DNA from: an uncultured Gemmatimonadales bacterium | GTDB lineage: Bacteria > Gemmatimonadota > Gemmatimonadetes > Longimicrobiales > RSA9 | Length of the DNA: 64,000 bases | Direction of reading: 5' to 3' | Assembly: GCA_963816355.1 (NCBI GenBank) | Contig: CAWFKH010000005.1 | Location: 320,001 to 384,000, forward strand | Part shown: positions 1 to 10,637 of the stretch, in pieces | Layout of the letters: every line of letters begins with the position of its first letter | How positions within the stretch are numbered: the stretch's first letter is position 1 | Notes under the pieces: model-generated | What the model was told of the DNA's origin: nothing | Database searches by the model: none | The model's input: the letters and a program-made list of their open reading frames with translations, nothing else | Position numbers and translations under genes: made by a program

Positions 1-395
1 TGCCCGCCGCGCTCGGCGCCGCCGCGATGCTCGCGCTCCTCGCGCTGCTGCTGACCCGCTCGACGCCCGCGGCGGGCGTCGTCGGCGCGGTGTACCTCTC
101 GCACCTGCCGCTCGACTACCTGACCGGCCTCAAGCCGACGGTGCCCGGCGCCGGCCTCATCGGGCTCAACCTCTACGCGCACCCGGTGCTCGACTTCGTC
201 GCCGAGGCGATCCTGATCGTGCTCGGCTGGCGCTTGTATCGGGCGACGCGGCGCCCCGCCGACCGGGCCGCCGGCGCGCGTCCGCTGCGCGTCATGCTCG
301 CGGGACTGCTCGCGCTGCAGCTCGCCGGCGACATCCTCATGAGCCGGCCGCCGTGGGCGCTCCGCCTGTGGCACGGCGTGGAGGAGATGGTGTGA
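1..395 (+). CDS. Membrane protein, possibly a metal-dependent hydrolase-like protein; probably 5'-truncated by the window edge
   Basis: Hydrophobic ORF with SHLPLDYLTG; its stop overlaps the GTG of the next gene. Confidence 0.5.
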   Translation, partial: PAALGAAAMLALLALLLTRSTPAAGVVGAVYLSHLPLDYLTGLKPTVPGAGLIGLNLYAHPVLDFVAEAILIVLGWRLYRATRRPADRAAGARPLRVMLAGLLALQLAGDILMSRPPWALRLWHGVEEMV

Positions 396-916
396 CGCGC
401 GTCCGCCTGATCGCCGCGCCGCTCGCCGGCGCGCTGCTCCTGCTCGCGGGCTGCGGCGGCGACCACGCGGCGGACGGAGACGACTCCGCCGGCGCGGCGG
501 CGGTGGTGAGCCGGTTCGATCCGAACACGGCGGAGATCGGCGAGCGCGTGGGCGAGATGACGCTGCAGATCGTGACGTCGCAGCGCTCGATGGGACAGGC
601 CCACTGGTACGGAGCGGCGGACTTCACCGGGGAGATCGAGCTCGCGGGGCGGTATCGGCCACACCCCGACTACCCGGCCGTCGACATGCTCTGCTTCTAC
701 CCCGAGCCGGCGGCGGCCGCGAGGCTGCCCCACTTCCCGGACGACGACCGCGAGACCTGGTTCTGCTTCCGGAACCAGGCGGACGCCCGCGCCGCGCTGG
801 GGGATCCGCCGGCGAAGGGGCGCAGCGTCGTCGTCGTGGACGACTACGACTACGTCTTTCAGCCATCGGACGCCTACAACACCGCTCGCTTCGTCCGGCT
901 CGGGAGAACGAGGTGA
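392..916 (+). CDS. Hypothetical lipoprotein
   Basis: GTG at 392 after GGAG; signal peptide with lipobox LLLLAGC. Confidence 0.7.
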   Translation: MTRVRLIAAPLAGALLLLAGCGGDHAADGDDSAGAAAVVSRFDPNTAEIGERVGEMTLQIVTSQRSMGQAHWYGAADFTGEIELAGRYRPHPDYPAVDMLCFYPEPAAAARLPHFPDDDRETWFCFRNQADARAALGDPPAKGRSVVVVDDYDYVFQPSDAYNTARFVRLGRTR

Positions 917-940
917 GGCGCCGGGGCCGCGCTCATTCCG

Positions 941-992
941 CGTCGAGAAGCGCGCGCGGCGTCGAGAAGCGCGCGCGCCGTCGAGAAGCGCG
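941..992. repeat. 19-bp tandem repeat (cgtcgagaagcgcgcgcg.) about x2.7 between convergent genes
   Basis: Direct reading of sequence. Confidence 0.8.
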
Positions 993-1013
993 TGATGGCG
1001 GGCACGACGCGCG

Positions 1014-2534
1014 TCACGCCTCGGGCCACACGTCGTCGTCGAGGAGGAGCCGGTCCGCCCGGGCGGGGCCCCAGCTCCCGGCGCGGTAGGGTTGCGGCGC
1101 GCCGGCGGGGTCGAGGACGGGCGCGTAGAGGCGCCACGAGGCTTCCGCCTCCTCGGCGTGGACGAAGAGCGTCTGATCGCCGGTGGCGACGTCGTAGAGC
1201 AGCGTCTCGTAGGCCTCGGGCAGCGGGCCGAAGGCGTCGGCGTACTCGAAGTGGAGGCGTTCGCTGGCGAGCTCGATGTCGGCGCCGGGGCGCTTCACCT
1301 CGAAGCCGATGCCGAAGCCTTCGTGCGGCTGCAGCGTGATCTCGAGCGCGTTGGAGCGGACGTCGCAGGCGGCGAAGCGATCGAAGAGGGCGATCGGCGG
1401 CCGGTGGAACGTGACGACGATGCGGGTGAGGCGGCGCGGCAGGCGCTTGCCGGTGCGCAGGTAGAAGGGGACGCCCTGCCAGCGCCAGTTGGGAAGCTGC
1501 AGCCGCAGCGCGACGAAGGTGGCCGTATTCGAATCGGAGGGGACGCCGGGCTCCGCGCGATATCCGGGCACCTTCCTGCCGTCGACGGCGCCCGCGTCGT
1601 ACTGGCCGAAGACGACGTCGGCGGGATCGACCGGGTCCATGGTGCGCAGCACCTTCACCTTCTCGGCGCGGATCGCGGCGGCGTCGAAGGTGGCGGGCGC
1701 CTCCATCGCGGTGAGCGTGAAGAGCTGCGTCAGGTGGTTCTGCACCATGTCGCGCAGCGCGCCGGCGTGGTCGTAGTAGCCGGCGCGGTGCCCCACGCCG
1801 AGTGACTCGGCGACGGTGATGTGCACGCTGCGGACGCGGTCGCGGTTCCACAGCGCCTCGAAGATCGGGTTCGCGAAGCGGAACACGAGGAGGTTGCGGA
1901 CCGTCTCCTTGCCCAGGTAGTGATCGATCCGGTACACCTGCGACTCGTCGAAGAAGCGGTGGACGAGCGCGTTCAGCGCGCGCGCGCTGTCGAGGTCGCG
2001 GCCGAACGGCTTCTCGATCACGATGCGCGTCCAGCCGGGACCGTCGTTCAGCCCGGCCGCGCCCAGCGCCTCGATCGCGCCGGGGAACGCGGCCGGCGGC
2101 AGCGCGAGGTAGAAGATGCGGTTGCCCGGCAGGTGGTGCTCGCTCTCGATCCGCCGGATGCGATCCGCGAGCGAGCCGTAGCCGTCGGCGGCGCCGTCGC
2201 CCAGCGGCTGGTAGTGGAGACAGTCGTCGCACCATTCGCGCAGGTCGTGCCCATCGAGGCCGCGGTCGGCGAGGGAGCGCTCCGCCCACTCCCGGTACTC
2301 CGCCTCGCCCGGCTCGGTGCCGAGGCCGGCGCCGAGGATCACGGACTCGCCGTGCAGCGCGCCGCGGAGGATCAGGCTGGCGACCGCGGGCAGCAACTTG
2401 CGACTCGTCAGGTCGCCGGTCGCGCCGAGGATCACGAACAGGTGCGGCTGCACCGGCTCGCGAGGCATGACGCGGTGATCCGCCTCCGGTGCCCGCGCCG
2501 CCGCGGTGCCCCGCACGTCCGACTTCGCCGCCAT
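1014..2534 (-). CDS. zwf: Glucose-6-phosphate 1-dehydrogenase
   Basis: GATGDL, EKPFG, RIDHYLGKE and RDMVQNHL motifs; start abuts the gnd stop. Confidence 0.96.
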   Translation of the reverse strand: MAAKSDVRGTAAARAPEADHRVMPREPVQPHLFVILGATGDLTSRKLLPAVASLILRGALHGESVILGAGLGTEPGEAEYREWAERSLADRGLDGHDLREWCDDCLHYQPLGDGAADGYGSLADRIRRIESEHHLPGNRIFYLALPPAAFPGAIEALGAAGLNDGPGWTRIVIEKPFGRDLDSARALNALVHRFFDESQVYRIDHYLGKETVRNLLVFRFANPIFEALWNRDRVRSVHITVAESLGVGHRAGYYDHAGALRDMVQNHLTQLFTLTAMEAPATFDAAAIRAEKVKVLRTMDPVDPADVVFGQYDAGAVDGRKVPGYRAEPGVPSDSNTATFVALRLQLPNWRWQGVPFYLRTGKRLPRRLTRIVVTFHRPPIALFDRFAACDVRSNALEITLQPHEGFGIGFEVKRPGADIELASERLHFEYADAFGPLPEAYETLLYDVATGDQTLFVHAEEAEASWRLYAPVLDPAGAPQPYRAGSWGPARADRLLLDDDVWPEA

Positions 2535-3445
2535 CACTTCCCTTCCTCGCGCACTGCGTGACCCCCGAACTCGTTCCGCATCACGGCGAGCAGCCGGTCC
2601 GCGAAGGAGTCCTCGACCCGCGAGCGCAGGCGCGCCTGCAGGGCGAGCGTGATCACCGGCGCGGGCACGTCCAGGTCGATCGCCTCCGCCACCGTCCAGC
2701 GACCCTCGCCGGAGTCGGCGACCCAGGGCGCGATGCCGCCCAGCGACGGGTTCGCGTGCAGGCCGCGCGCGGTGAGGTCGAGCAGCCACGAGCGGACGAC
2801 GCTGCCGAAGCGCCAGATCTCCGCCACGCCGGCGAGGTCGAGCCCGAATTCACGCTTCGCGTCCATGATGGCGAAGCCTTCCGCGACCGCCTGCATCATG
2901 CCGTACTCGATGCCGTTGTGGACCATCTTCACGAAGTGGCCGGCGCCGGTCGGGCCGACGCGGCCCCAGCCGCGGTCCGGCGCCGGCGCGAGCGACTCGA
3001 AGAGCGGCCGCAGCCGCTCGACCACCGCGGCGTCGCCGCCGACCATCATCGAGTAGCCCTCCTCCAGCCCCCAGATGCCGCCGCTCGTGCCGGCGTCGAC
3101 GAGACGCTTGCCCGCCGCCGCCACCGTCTGCGCGCGGCGCAGCGTGTCGCGGTAGTAGGAGTTGCCGCCGTCGATGACGACGTCGCCCTCCGCCAGCAGC
3201 GGGAGCAGCGCGTCGATGGTCGCGTCGACCGGCGCGCCGGCGGGCACCATCAGCCACACGGCGCGCGGTGCGCGCAGCGCGCCCACGAGCGCGTCGAGCG
3301 AGTCCGCTCCCGTCGCTCCCGCCTCCTCGACCGCCGCCACCGCCTCCGCGCTGCGGTCGTAGCCGACGACGCGGTGGCCGCCGCGCAGCAGCCGCCGCGT
3401 CATGTTCGCGCCCATCCGCCCGAGTCCCACCATGCCCAGCTCCAC
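2534..3445 (-). CDS. gnd: 6-phosphogluconate dehydrogenase (decarboxylating, short form)
   Basis: GLGRMG, VIDGGNS, GHFVKMVHNGIEYG, DSGEGRW and RNEFGGH motifs. Confidence 0.95.
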   Translation of the reverse strand: MELGMVGLGRMGANMTRRLLRGGHRVVGYDRSAEAVAAVEEAGATGADSLDALVGALRAPRAVWLMVPAGAPVDATIDALLPLLAEGDVVIDGGNSYYRDTLRRAQTVAAAGKRLVDAGTSGGIWGLEEGYSMMVGGDAAVVERLRPLFESLAPAPDRGWGRVGPTGAGHFVKMVHNGIEYGMMQAVAEGFAIMDAKREFGLDLAGVAEIWRFGSVVRSWLLDLTARGLHANPSLGGIAPWVADSGEGRWTVAEAIDLDVPAPVITLALQARLRSRVEDSFADRLLAVMRNEFGGHAVREEGK

Positions 3446-3460
3446 GATACGCTCCTTTCG

Positions 3461-5863
3461 CTATCCTTCCGCCACTCCGACCTCGTAGTCGCGCCCATCC
3501 CAGCGCCCCGCCTCCGTCCAGAAGAAGGTGAAGCGGAAGGGCGCGCTCTGGCCCGCCGCGGGGACGAGGTCGACGAACTCGATGCCCAGCCCGCTCGCCG
3601 TGGAGCCGGCGTCCTCGGCGCTCGCCCACTCGTCGCGGGTCCAGCGGAGGCGGAACGGCGCGCTGGCGAGGACGCGCAGCGTGCGCTCCGCCGCGACGGT
3701 GCGCGGCTGATAGGCGGCACTCCACACCTCGAGCGCGCGCACCGCGCGGCGGTCGCCCAGGTAGCGCTCCGCGACGGCGGCGACGCGGTCGAACACGGCG
3801 CCGTCGCGCACCGACCGCAGCAGCTTGATGTACTCCGCGTGCGCCCACATGAGCGGCATCGCGGCGCCGGTCGGGCCGCCGAGCCGCATGTAGATCTCCG
3901 GCCGGTCCGGCGCGTCCCACACCTGCTCGGGCAGCATGCCGGTGGGGGTCGCGAATCCTTCCAGCGCCCGCACCAAGGGGCCGGCGTCGCGGCCGGCGGC
4001 CAGCTCGTAGTGCCCCCGCTCGCCGCTCAGCAGCGGCCACGCACGGCCCACGCCCCAGCCGACGAACGCGCCGCCGTCGTCGCGCTGGCCGTAGCCGTCG
4101 TGGCCGTAGCGGCGCCAGCAGGGGCCGGCCGGCGTCTCCACGCGCAGCACCGAGTCCACGACGCGCAGCGAGTCCTCGACCAGCGCGTCGCCGGCGCGCC
4201 GCACGCCGTAGCGCACGAGCTCGAGGAAGCCTGCGTCGACGATCTCGCGGGCGGGGAAGATGGCGGGTGCGCCCGGCGGCCGGTTGTTGATCCACACCGC
4301 GCCGTCGTCCGGGTCCGCGAGCGGCCGCGGGTCGTCCACGGCGGCGGGCGCGATGCGGACGTAGTGGCGGGGCACGCTGGCCAGGAGCGTGCCGCGCGTG
4401 GCGACCGTCCACTCCTCGACGTGGCCCTCGAGGAAGTCCGCGTGGTGCTCGAGGAAGTCCGCGATCCGCTCCTCGCCGCGGGCGCGCGCCATCGCGGCGG
4501 CGCAGACGAGGCCCGCGATGCAGGCGGCGAGCGTCGACGGCGAGAAGCCGCTCTCCTCCTCCCATCGCTCCTGCTGCGTGACGGGCGTGCGGCGCACGAG
4601 GAACGCCGCTGCGCCGCGGACCATGGGCCAGGGGTCGAACTCCTCCAGGCACCCGGTACGCTCGAGCCGCCACGCGAGCAGGATCGGGAAGGCGACCTCG
4701 TCGAGCTGCACGCCCTGCCAGTAGGAGCGGCCGTCGATCCAGAAATTCTGCGGGAAGCAGCCGTCGCCGTGCTGCGCGACGGCGAGGTAGACGAGCGCGC
4801 GCCGGGCGGTGTCGACGTGGCCCGCCGCGAGCAGGCCGGTCGCGCTGTTCACCAGGTCGCGCGTCCACACGAGGTGATAGCCGCCCTGGTCGTCCTCGCC
4901 GTGCGCCTCGCCCCACGGGATCGAGAGCGACGCGATCAGCGCGCCCGGGAACGTCTTGTCCTCGTGGGCCAGCAGCAGGCTGTAGCTGCGGCGGTAGAGG
5001 TGGCCGTCGTCGCCGGACGCGGTCTCTAGCCCCTCGAGCTTCCGGCAGTGCGACGCCCACGTCCGGAGGTAGCGCTCGCGCTGCAGCGGGAACGGCGTGG
5101 CGAGCTCCTGGAAGAGCGTGGTCGCCGCGCTCTCGAGGGAGTCGCCGAACGCGAGGCCGAGCGTGAACGCGCCCGCGCCGGCGCCGTCCAGCTCGCCCGT
5201 CAGGGCCACGTTGCCGTCGAGCGCGCAGTCGAACTCCCAGTCGAGCGTGAGGTCTTCGTGCAGGTCCGTCCAGCCGTCGCTCGCGCCCACGTAGCCGCAG
5301 GAGAGGCGAGTGAACGGGCGGCTCGCTGCGAGGGCGAGCCACGTGCCGTCGCGGCTGGCGGCGAGGATGCGGCGGCCGGCGACGGTGACGACGCGCGCGT
5401 CGTTGTCCCAGCCGCCCACCTCGAGGTGCGGCGCGCAGAGCGCGTAGATGCGCAGCCGCGAGAGCAGCTCCGGCTCGCCGCTCAGCTCGACGTGCTGCAG
5501 CACGCACGGGCCGTGCGGCGCGGTGATCACCTGCTTCGTGATGCGGTAGCGGCCTTCGGGGTCGGCGTTGACGACGCGGTAGGCGAGCGCGTTGCGCGAG
5601 AAGCTCTCCGTCGTCGAGACGAGGTCCCGCTTCTCCTCGTGGAAAAAGCTCTCGCCGTCGGTGATCAGGAGCTGCAGGTCGCGAAGCTGCGGGCGGTCGA
5701 CGCGGGGGTAGTAGACCTCGGTGACGATGCCGTTCCAGAGCGTGAACCAGACACGGCAGGACGCGCTGTAGGCGGTGCCGACGCCGTCCTTGCCGCCGTG
5801 CGTCCAGCGCGGCGCGATCCCCGGCGCGCCGAACGCCGGCCGGCCGGTGCGCAGGTCCGCCAC
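3461..5863 (-). CDS. GH15 glucan 1,4-alpha-glucosidase / glucodextranase-like protein
   Basis: AFGAPGIAPRW N-terminus, GGYHLVWTRD, QERWEE and LPEQVWD...PLMWAHAEY motifs. Confidence 0.9.
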   Translation of the reverse strand: MADLRTGRPAFGAPGIAPRWTHGGKDGVGTAYSASCRVWFTLWNGIVTEVYYPRVDRPQLRDLQLLITDGESFFHEEKRDLVSTTESFSRNALAYRVVNADPEGRYRITKQVITAPHGPCVLQHVELSGEPELLSRLRIYALCAPHLEVGGWDNDARVVTVAGRRILAASRDGTWLALAASRPFTRLSCGYVGASDGWTDLHEDLTLDWEFDCALDGNVALTGELDGAGAGAFTLGLAFGDSLESAATTLFQELATPFPLQRERYLRTWASHCRKLEGLETASGDDGHLYRRSYSLLLAHEDKTFPGALIASLSIPWGEAHGEDDQGGYHLVWTRDLVNSATGLLAAGHVDTARRALVYLAVAQHGDGCFPQNFWIDGRSYWQGVQLDEVAFPILLAWRLERTGCLEEFDPWPMVRGAAAFLVRRTPVTQQERWEEESGFSPSTLAACIAGLVCAAAMARARGEERIADFLEHHADFLEGHVEEWTVATRGTLLASVPRHYVRIAPAAVDDPRPLADPDDGAVWINNRPPGAPAIFPAREIVDAGFLELVRYGVRRAGDALVEDSLRVVDSVLRVETPAGPCWRRYGHDGYGQRDDGGAFVGWGVGRAWPLLSGERGHYELAAGRDAGPLVRALEGFATPTGMLPEQVWDAPDRPEIYMRLGGPTGAAMPLMWAHAEYIKLLRSVRDGAVFDRVAAVAERYLGDRRAVRALEVWSAAYQPRTVAAERTLRVLASAPFRLRWTRDEWASAEDAGSTASGLGIEFVDLVPAAGQSAPFRFTFFWTEAGRWDGRDYEVGVAEG

Positions 5864-5864
5864 G

Positions 5865-7856
<1,992 letters not shown>

Positions 7857-7945
7857 GGCGCGCAGATCGGGTGCGAGCGTGGGCCACGCGGACGGGTTCC
7901 GCGGGCGCGAGGGATAGTAGGGCGGGGGAGGGGTGGGGGCCAGCG

Positions 7946-7994
7946 GGACTGCGGGATTGGACTGCGGGATTGGGCTGCGGGATTGGACTGCGGG
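7946..7994. repeat. 13-bp tandem repeat (ggactgcgggatt) about x4
   Basis: Direct reading, upstream of tkt. Confidence 0.8.
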
Positions 7995-8119
7995 CGCGTC
8001 GCCCAGCTCCGCCGGTCCCGGCGAGGACGCCGTGCGGCAGCGGAGAGGCCGGGATCGCGATATCGGACAGCGCACGGCGATGGTCCGGGCGGCCTCCCTG
8101 CTCGCGGCGCCCCCCCGTC

Positions 8120-8395
8120 TCAGCCCCCGGCGATGCTGGGCAGGATCGTGACCGTGTCCTCCGGCCCGATCGTCGTCTCGACGCCCGCGAGCGCGCGCAC
8201 GTCCTCGTCGTTGACAAAGACGTTGACGTTCGGGCGCAGCCGCCCCTCCTCGGTGAAGAGGTGCCGCCGCAGCGCCGGATGCGCCGCCGTGAGCTGATCG
8301 AGCGCCTGCGCCACCGTGGCGGCGCACACCGCCAGCGATGTAACGCCGGCCGTGTGCTCGCGAAGGACCGTCGGAATGGTGATCGTCGTGTGCAT
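8120..8395 (-). CDS. MoaD/ThiS family sulfur carrier (ubiquitin-like); alternative start at 8413
   Basis: [17 protein letters not shown] and a C-terminal PSIAGG diglycine. Confidence 0.88.
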   Translation of the reverse strand: MHTTITIPTVLREHTAGVTSLAVCAATVAQALDQLTAAHPALRRHLFTEEGRLRPNVNVFVNDEDVRALAGVETTIGPEDTVTILPSIAGG

Positions 8396-8524
8396 GCCGT
8401 CGTGTGCCCGCATCTCGCGCGCCGCGCGGCCGCAGCCGCAGCCGCAGCCGCGGGTGGCGCCTCGCTGCCGCCGCCGCGCGCGCAGATACTGCACCTTCCG
8501 TGCGTGCCATGCGCGAGCCTCGCA

Positions 8525-8666
8525 GCGCGGTCACAGCGCGGTCCTAGCGCGGTCGCAGGCGCGGTCCTAGCGCGGTTGCAGGCGCGGTCCGCGGTCACAG
8601 GCGCGGTCGCAGGCGTCGCAGGCGCGGTCGCAGGCGCGGTCGCAGGCGCGGTCGCAGGCGCGGTCG
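8525..8666. repeat. Degenerate ~12-bp tandem repeat (aggcgcggtcgc)
   Basis: About 11 imperfect units. Confidence 0.8.
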
Positions 8667-8732
8667 TCTGAGTGTAGGGCGATCCGCCGCCGCGGACAAC
8701 GCAGGGGGCGCGAGTGGCGGGGGGCGTGGAAC

Positions 8733-8768
8733 AGGGGCAGAGGCAGGGGCAGGGGCAGGGGCAGGGGC
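8733..8768. repeat. (AGGGGC)n hexamer run
   Basis: Six units, G-tract rich. Confidence 0.8.
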
Positions 8769-8944
8769 GCAGGTTGCCGCACGTCGGGCGGACCGGCAAA
8801 CTCATCGGAGGCTGGCGAGCGCGCGGGCGACGGGTTCGGCGCCCCGTCCACGTCACCGACCGCCGGAGGCCGGCGAAGACATGGCGCACGGCCGACGCGA
8901 CGACTCCCGCGCGTCGTGCGGTGGACTCGCGCGTCGTGCAGCGT

Positions 8945-9020
8945 GGACCGCGGGTCGGGCGGGGTGGATCGTGGGTCGGGCGGGGGTGGATCGCGGGTCG
9001 GGCGGGGTGGACCGCGGGGC
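8945..9020. repeat. ~21-bp G-rich tandem repeat (gggtcgggcggggtggatcgc) x3
   Basis: Direct reading. Confidence 0.75.
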
Positions 9021-9120
9021 ACGGTGGGTCGCTCCCTCGCATTGTGGAGCTGCTCCTGGGCACCGCGGGGTCGGCCCTCGCATTGCGAGGGTGGGTGCTG
9101 CCCCCGGCCGACAGACGGGT

Positions 9121-9297
9121 GAGAAGAATCGCACAATGGACGCAGGTCAGACGATCGCCATCCGATTTATTCTCGGAATGCGAGAAGTATCTCGTAGTGG
9201 ATGGGCGCGCGGCTGGTCGCTTACGATATTGTGCTCGCTTTCCGAGAAATAGTCGGATACCGATGCGCGAGAGGGCGCCGATTACGAGAAATTGCTC
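9121..9297. repeat. 177-bp modular palindromic dispersed element, copy 1
   Basis: Gap-free alignment to 28457-28633 (129/177 identical by manual count); internal dyad symmetry; lower GC than flanks. Confidence 0.88.
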
Positions 9298-9327
9298 GCT
9301 CCGCTCTCCGGGTGCGCGGCCGGCCGC

Positions 9328-9455
9328 CTCCCCATCGCCCCGCCGCGGGGGCCCGGCGCACAGGTGCCCCCGATCGCTCCGCCGCGGGGGCCCGGCGCAC
9401 AGGTGCTCCCCATCGCCCCGCCGCGGGGGCCCGGCGCACAGGTGCTCCCGATCGC
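9328..9455. repeat. 39-bp tandem repeat x3 (ccccatcgccccgccgcgggggcccggcgcacaggtgc.)
   Basis: Direct reading. Confidence 0.85.
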
Positions 9456-9598
9456 GCGGCCCCGAAGGCGCGCGCGCAAACGTGCGCCCGATCGCGCGGC
9501 CCCAGGCCCGGGTGCACGTGCGCTCCCGGTGGCAGACCTCGCGCCGCGAGCACGCTCGCGACGCGGCCGCGTAACAGGGGAAGGAACGTGACTCGCTG

Positions 9599-10615
9599 AT
9601 GCTCGTCTCCGCGGCGGTGCGGGTGCCGTGCAGCACGTCGAACCTGGGCGCCGGCTTCGACTGCATCGGTCTGGCGCTGCGGCGCCACCTCACGGCGACG
9701 TTCGAGCCGGACGGACGCACCCTCGCGCCCGGCGAACGCACCCTCGCGCCCGGCGAACGCACCCTCGCGCCCGGCGGCGGCGTCGTGCTTCGCGACGGCG
9801 GGCTCGTGCTGATCCGGCGCGGCGCGCTCGAGGCGCTTCCGGGGCCGGCGGCGGACGACCTCGTCGTACGCGTCTTCCGGGCGGAGGCGGAGCGGCGCGG
9901 CGCGGTCGAGGTGGCGGGGCGGATCGTCGTCGATTCGGAGATCCCGGTGGGGCGCGGCCTCGGCTCTTCGGCAGCCGCGGTGGTGGCGGGGCTGGCGCTG
10001 GCGGCTGCGGCGAGCGGCGACGAGCGGCCGGACCGGCGCGCAGCGCTGGTCGCCGCGGAGCGGTGGGAGGGCCATCCGGACAACGTAGCGCCGGCGCTGC
10101 TGGGGGGTCTGATCGCGGTGGTGCGCGGCGAGGATGGGGGCGCGCGGGCGCTGCGCCTGGGGCTCTCCGAGCACCTGGGCTTCGCCTACGCCGCGCCCGG
10201 CGCGACGCTGTCCACGCTGGCGGCGCGTGCGGCGCTGCCGGCGACGGTGCCCCACGCGGTCGCGGCGCGCGCGGCGGGGCGCGTCGTCGCGCTGCTGCGC
10301 GGGCTCTCGACCGGCGATCCGGAGGCCCTCCGCATCGGCTTCGCCGACGAGCTGCACGTGCCCTACCGGCTGCCGCTGATCCCCGGCGCCGCCGCCGTCA
10401 TCGCCGCCGCCGCCGCGGCGGGCGCCTTCGCGACGACGGTCTCCGGCAGCGGCACCGGCCTGATCGCCGCGACGCGGCCGGAGAGGGCGGAGGCGGTCGC
10501 GGCGGCGATGGGGCAGGCGTTCGCGCGCGAGGTCGGTGCGACCGGCGTCGTCGCCTTCGCCGCCGCTCCGGACTTCCACGGCGTCCGCCTCCTCGGCCGC
10601 GCCGAGGAAGCATGA
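9599..10615 (+). CDS. thrB: Homoserine kinase, with an internal 21-bp x3 insertion (RTLAPGE repeats)
   Basis: PCSTSNLGAGFDCIG, PVGRGLGSSAA, EGHPDN and SGSG GHMP motifs. Confidence 0.93.
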   Translation: MLVSAAVRVPCSTSNLGAGFDCIGLALRRHLTATFEPDGRTLAPGERTLAPGERTLAPGGGVVLRDGGLVLIRRGALEALPGPAADDLVVRVFRAEAERRGAVEVAGRIVVDSEIPVGRGLGSSAAAVVAGLALAAAASGDERPDRRAALVAAERWEGHPDNVAPALLGGLIAVVRGEDGGARALRLGLSEHLGFAYAAPGATLSTLAARAALPATVPHAVAARAAGRVVALLRGLSTGDPEALRIGFADELHVPYRLPLIPGAAAVIAAAAAAGAFATTVSGSGTGLIAATRPERAEAVAAAMGQAFAREVGATGVVAFAAAPDFHGVRLLGRAEEA

Positions 10616-10637
10616 CGTGCGGCGTGAGGCGCCCGGC

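Noticed and set aside
8770..8940. Riboswitch (c-di-GMP-I GGCAAAC-like start, SAM-I or Moco) upstream of moaD-like/thrB
   Set aside because: Only isolated short words match and the remaining conserved elements are absent; an Infernal/Rfam scan would settle it.
9121..9297. tRNA, integron attC site or Tn7-like transposon ends
   Set aside because: No cloverleaf, no clear RYYYAAC/GTTRRRY ends, no TGT...ACA termini, and no integrase or transposase in the window.
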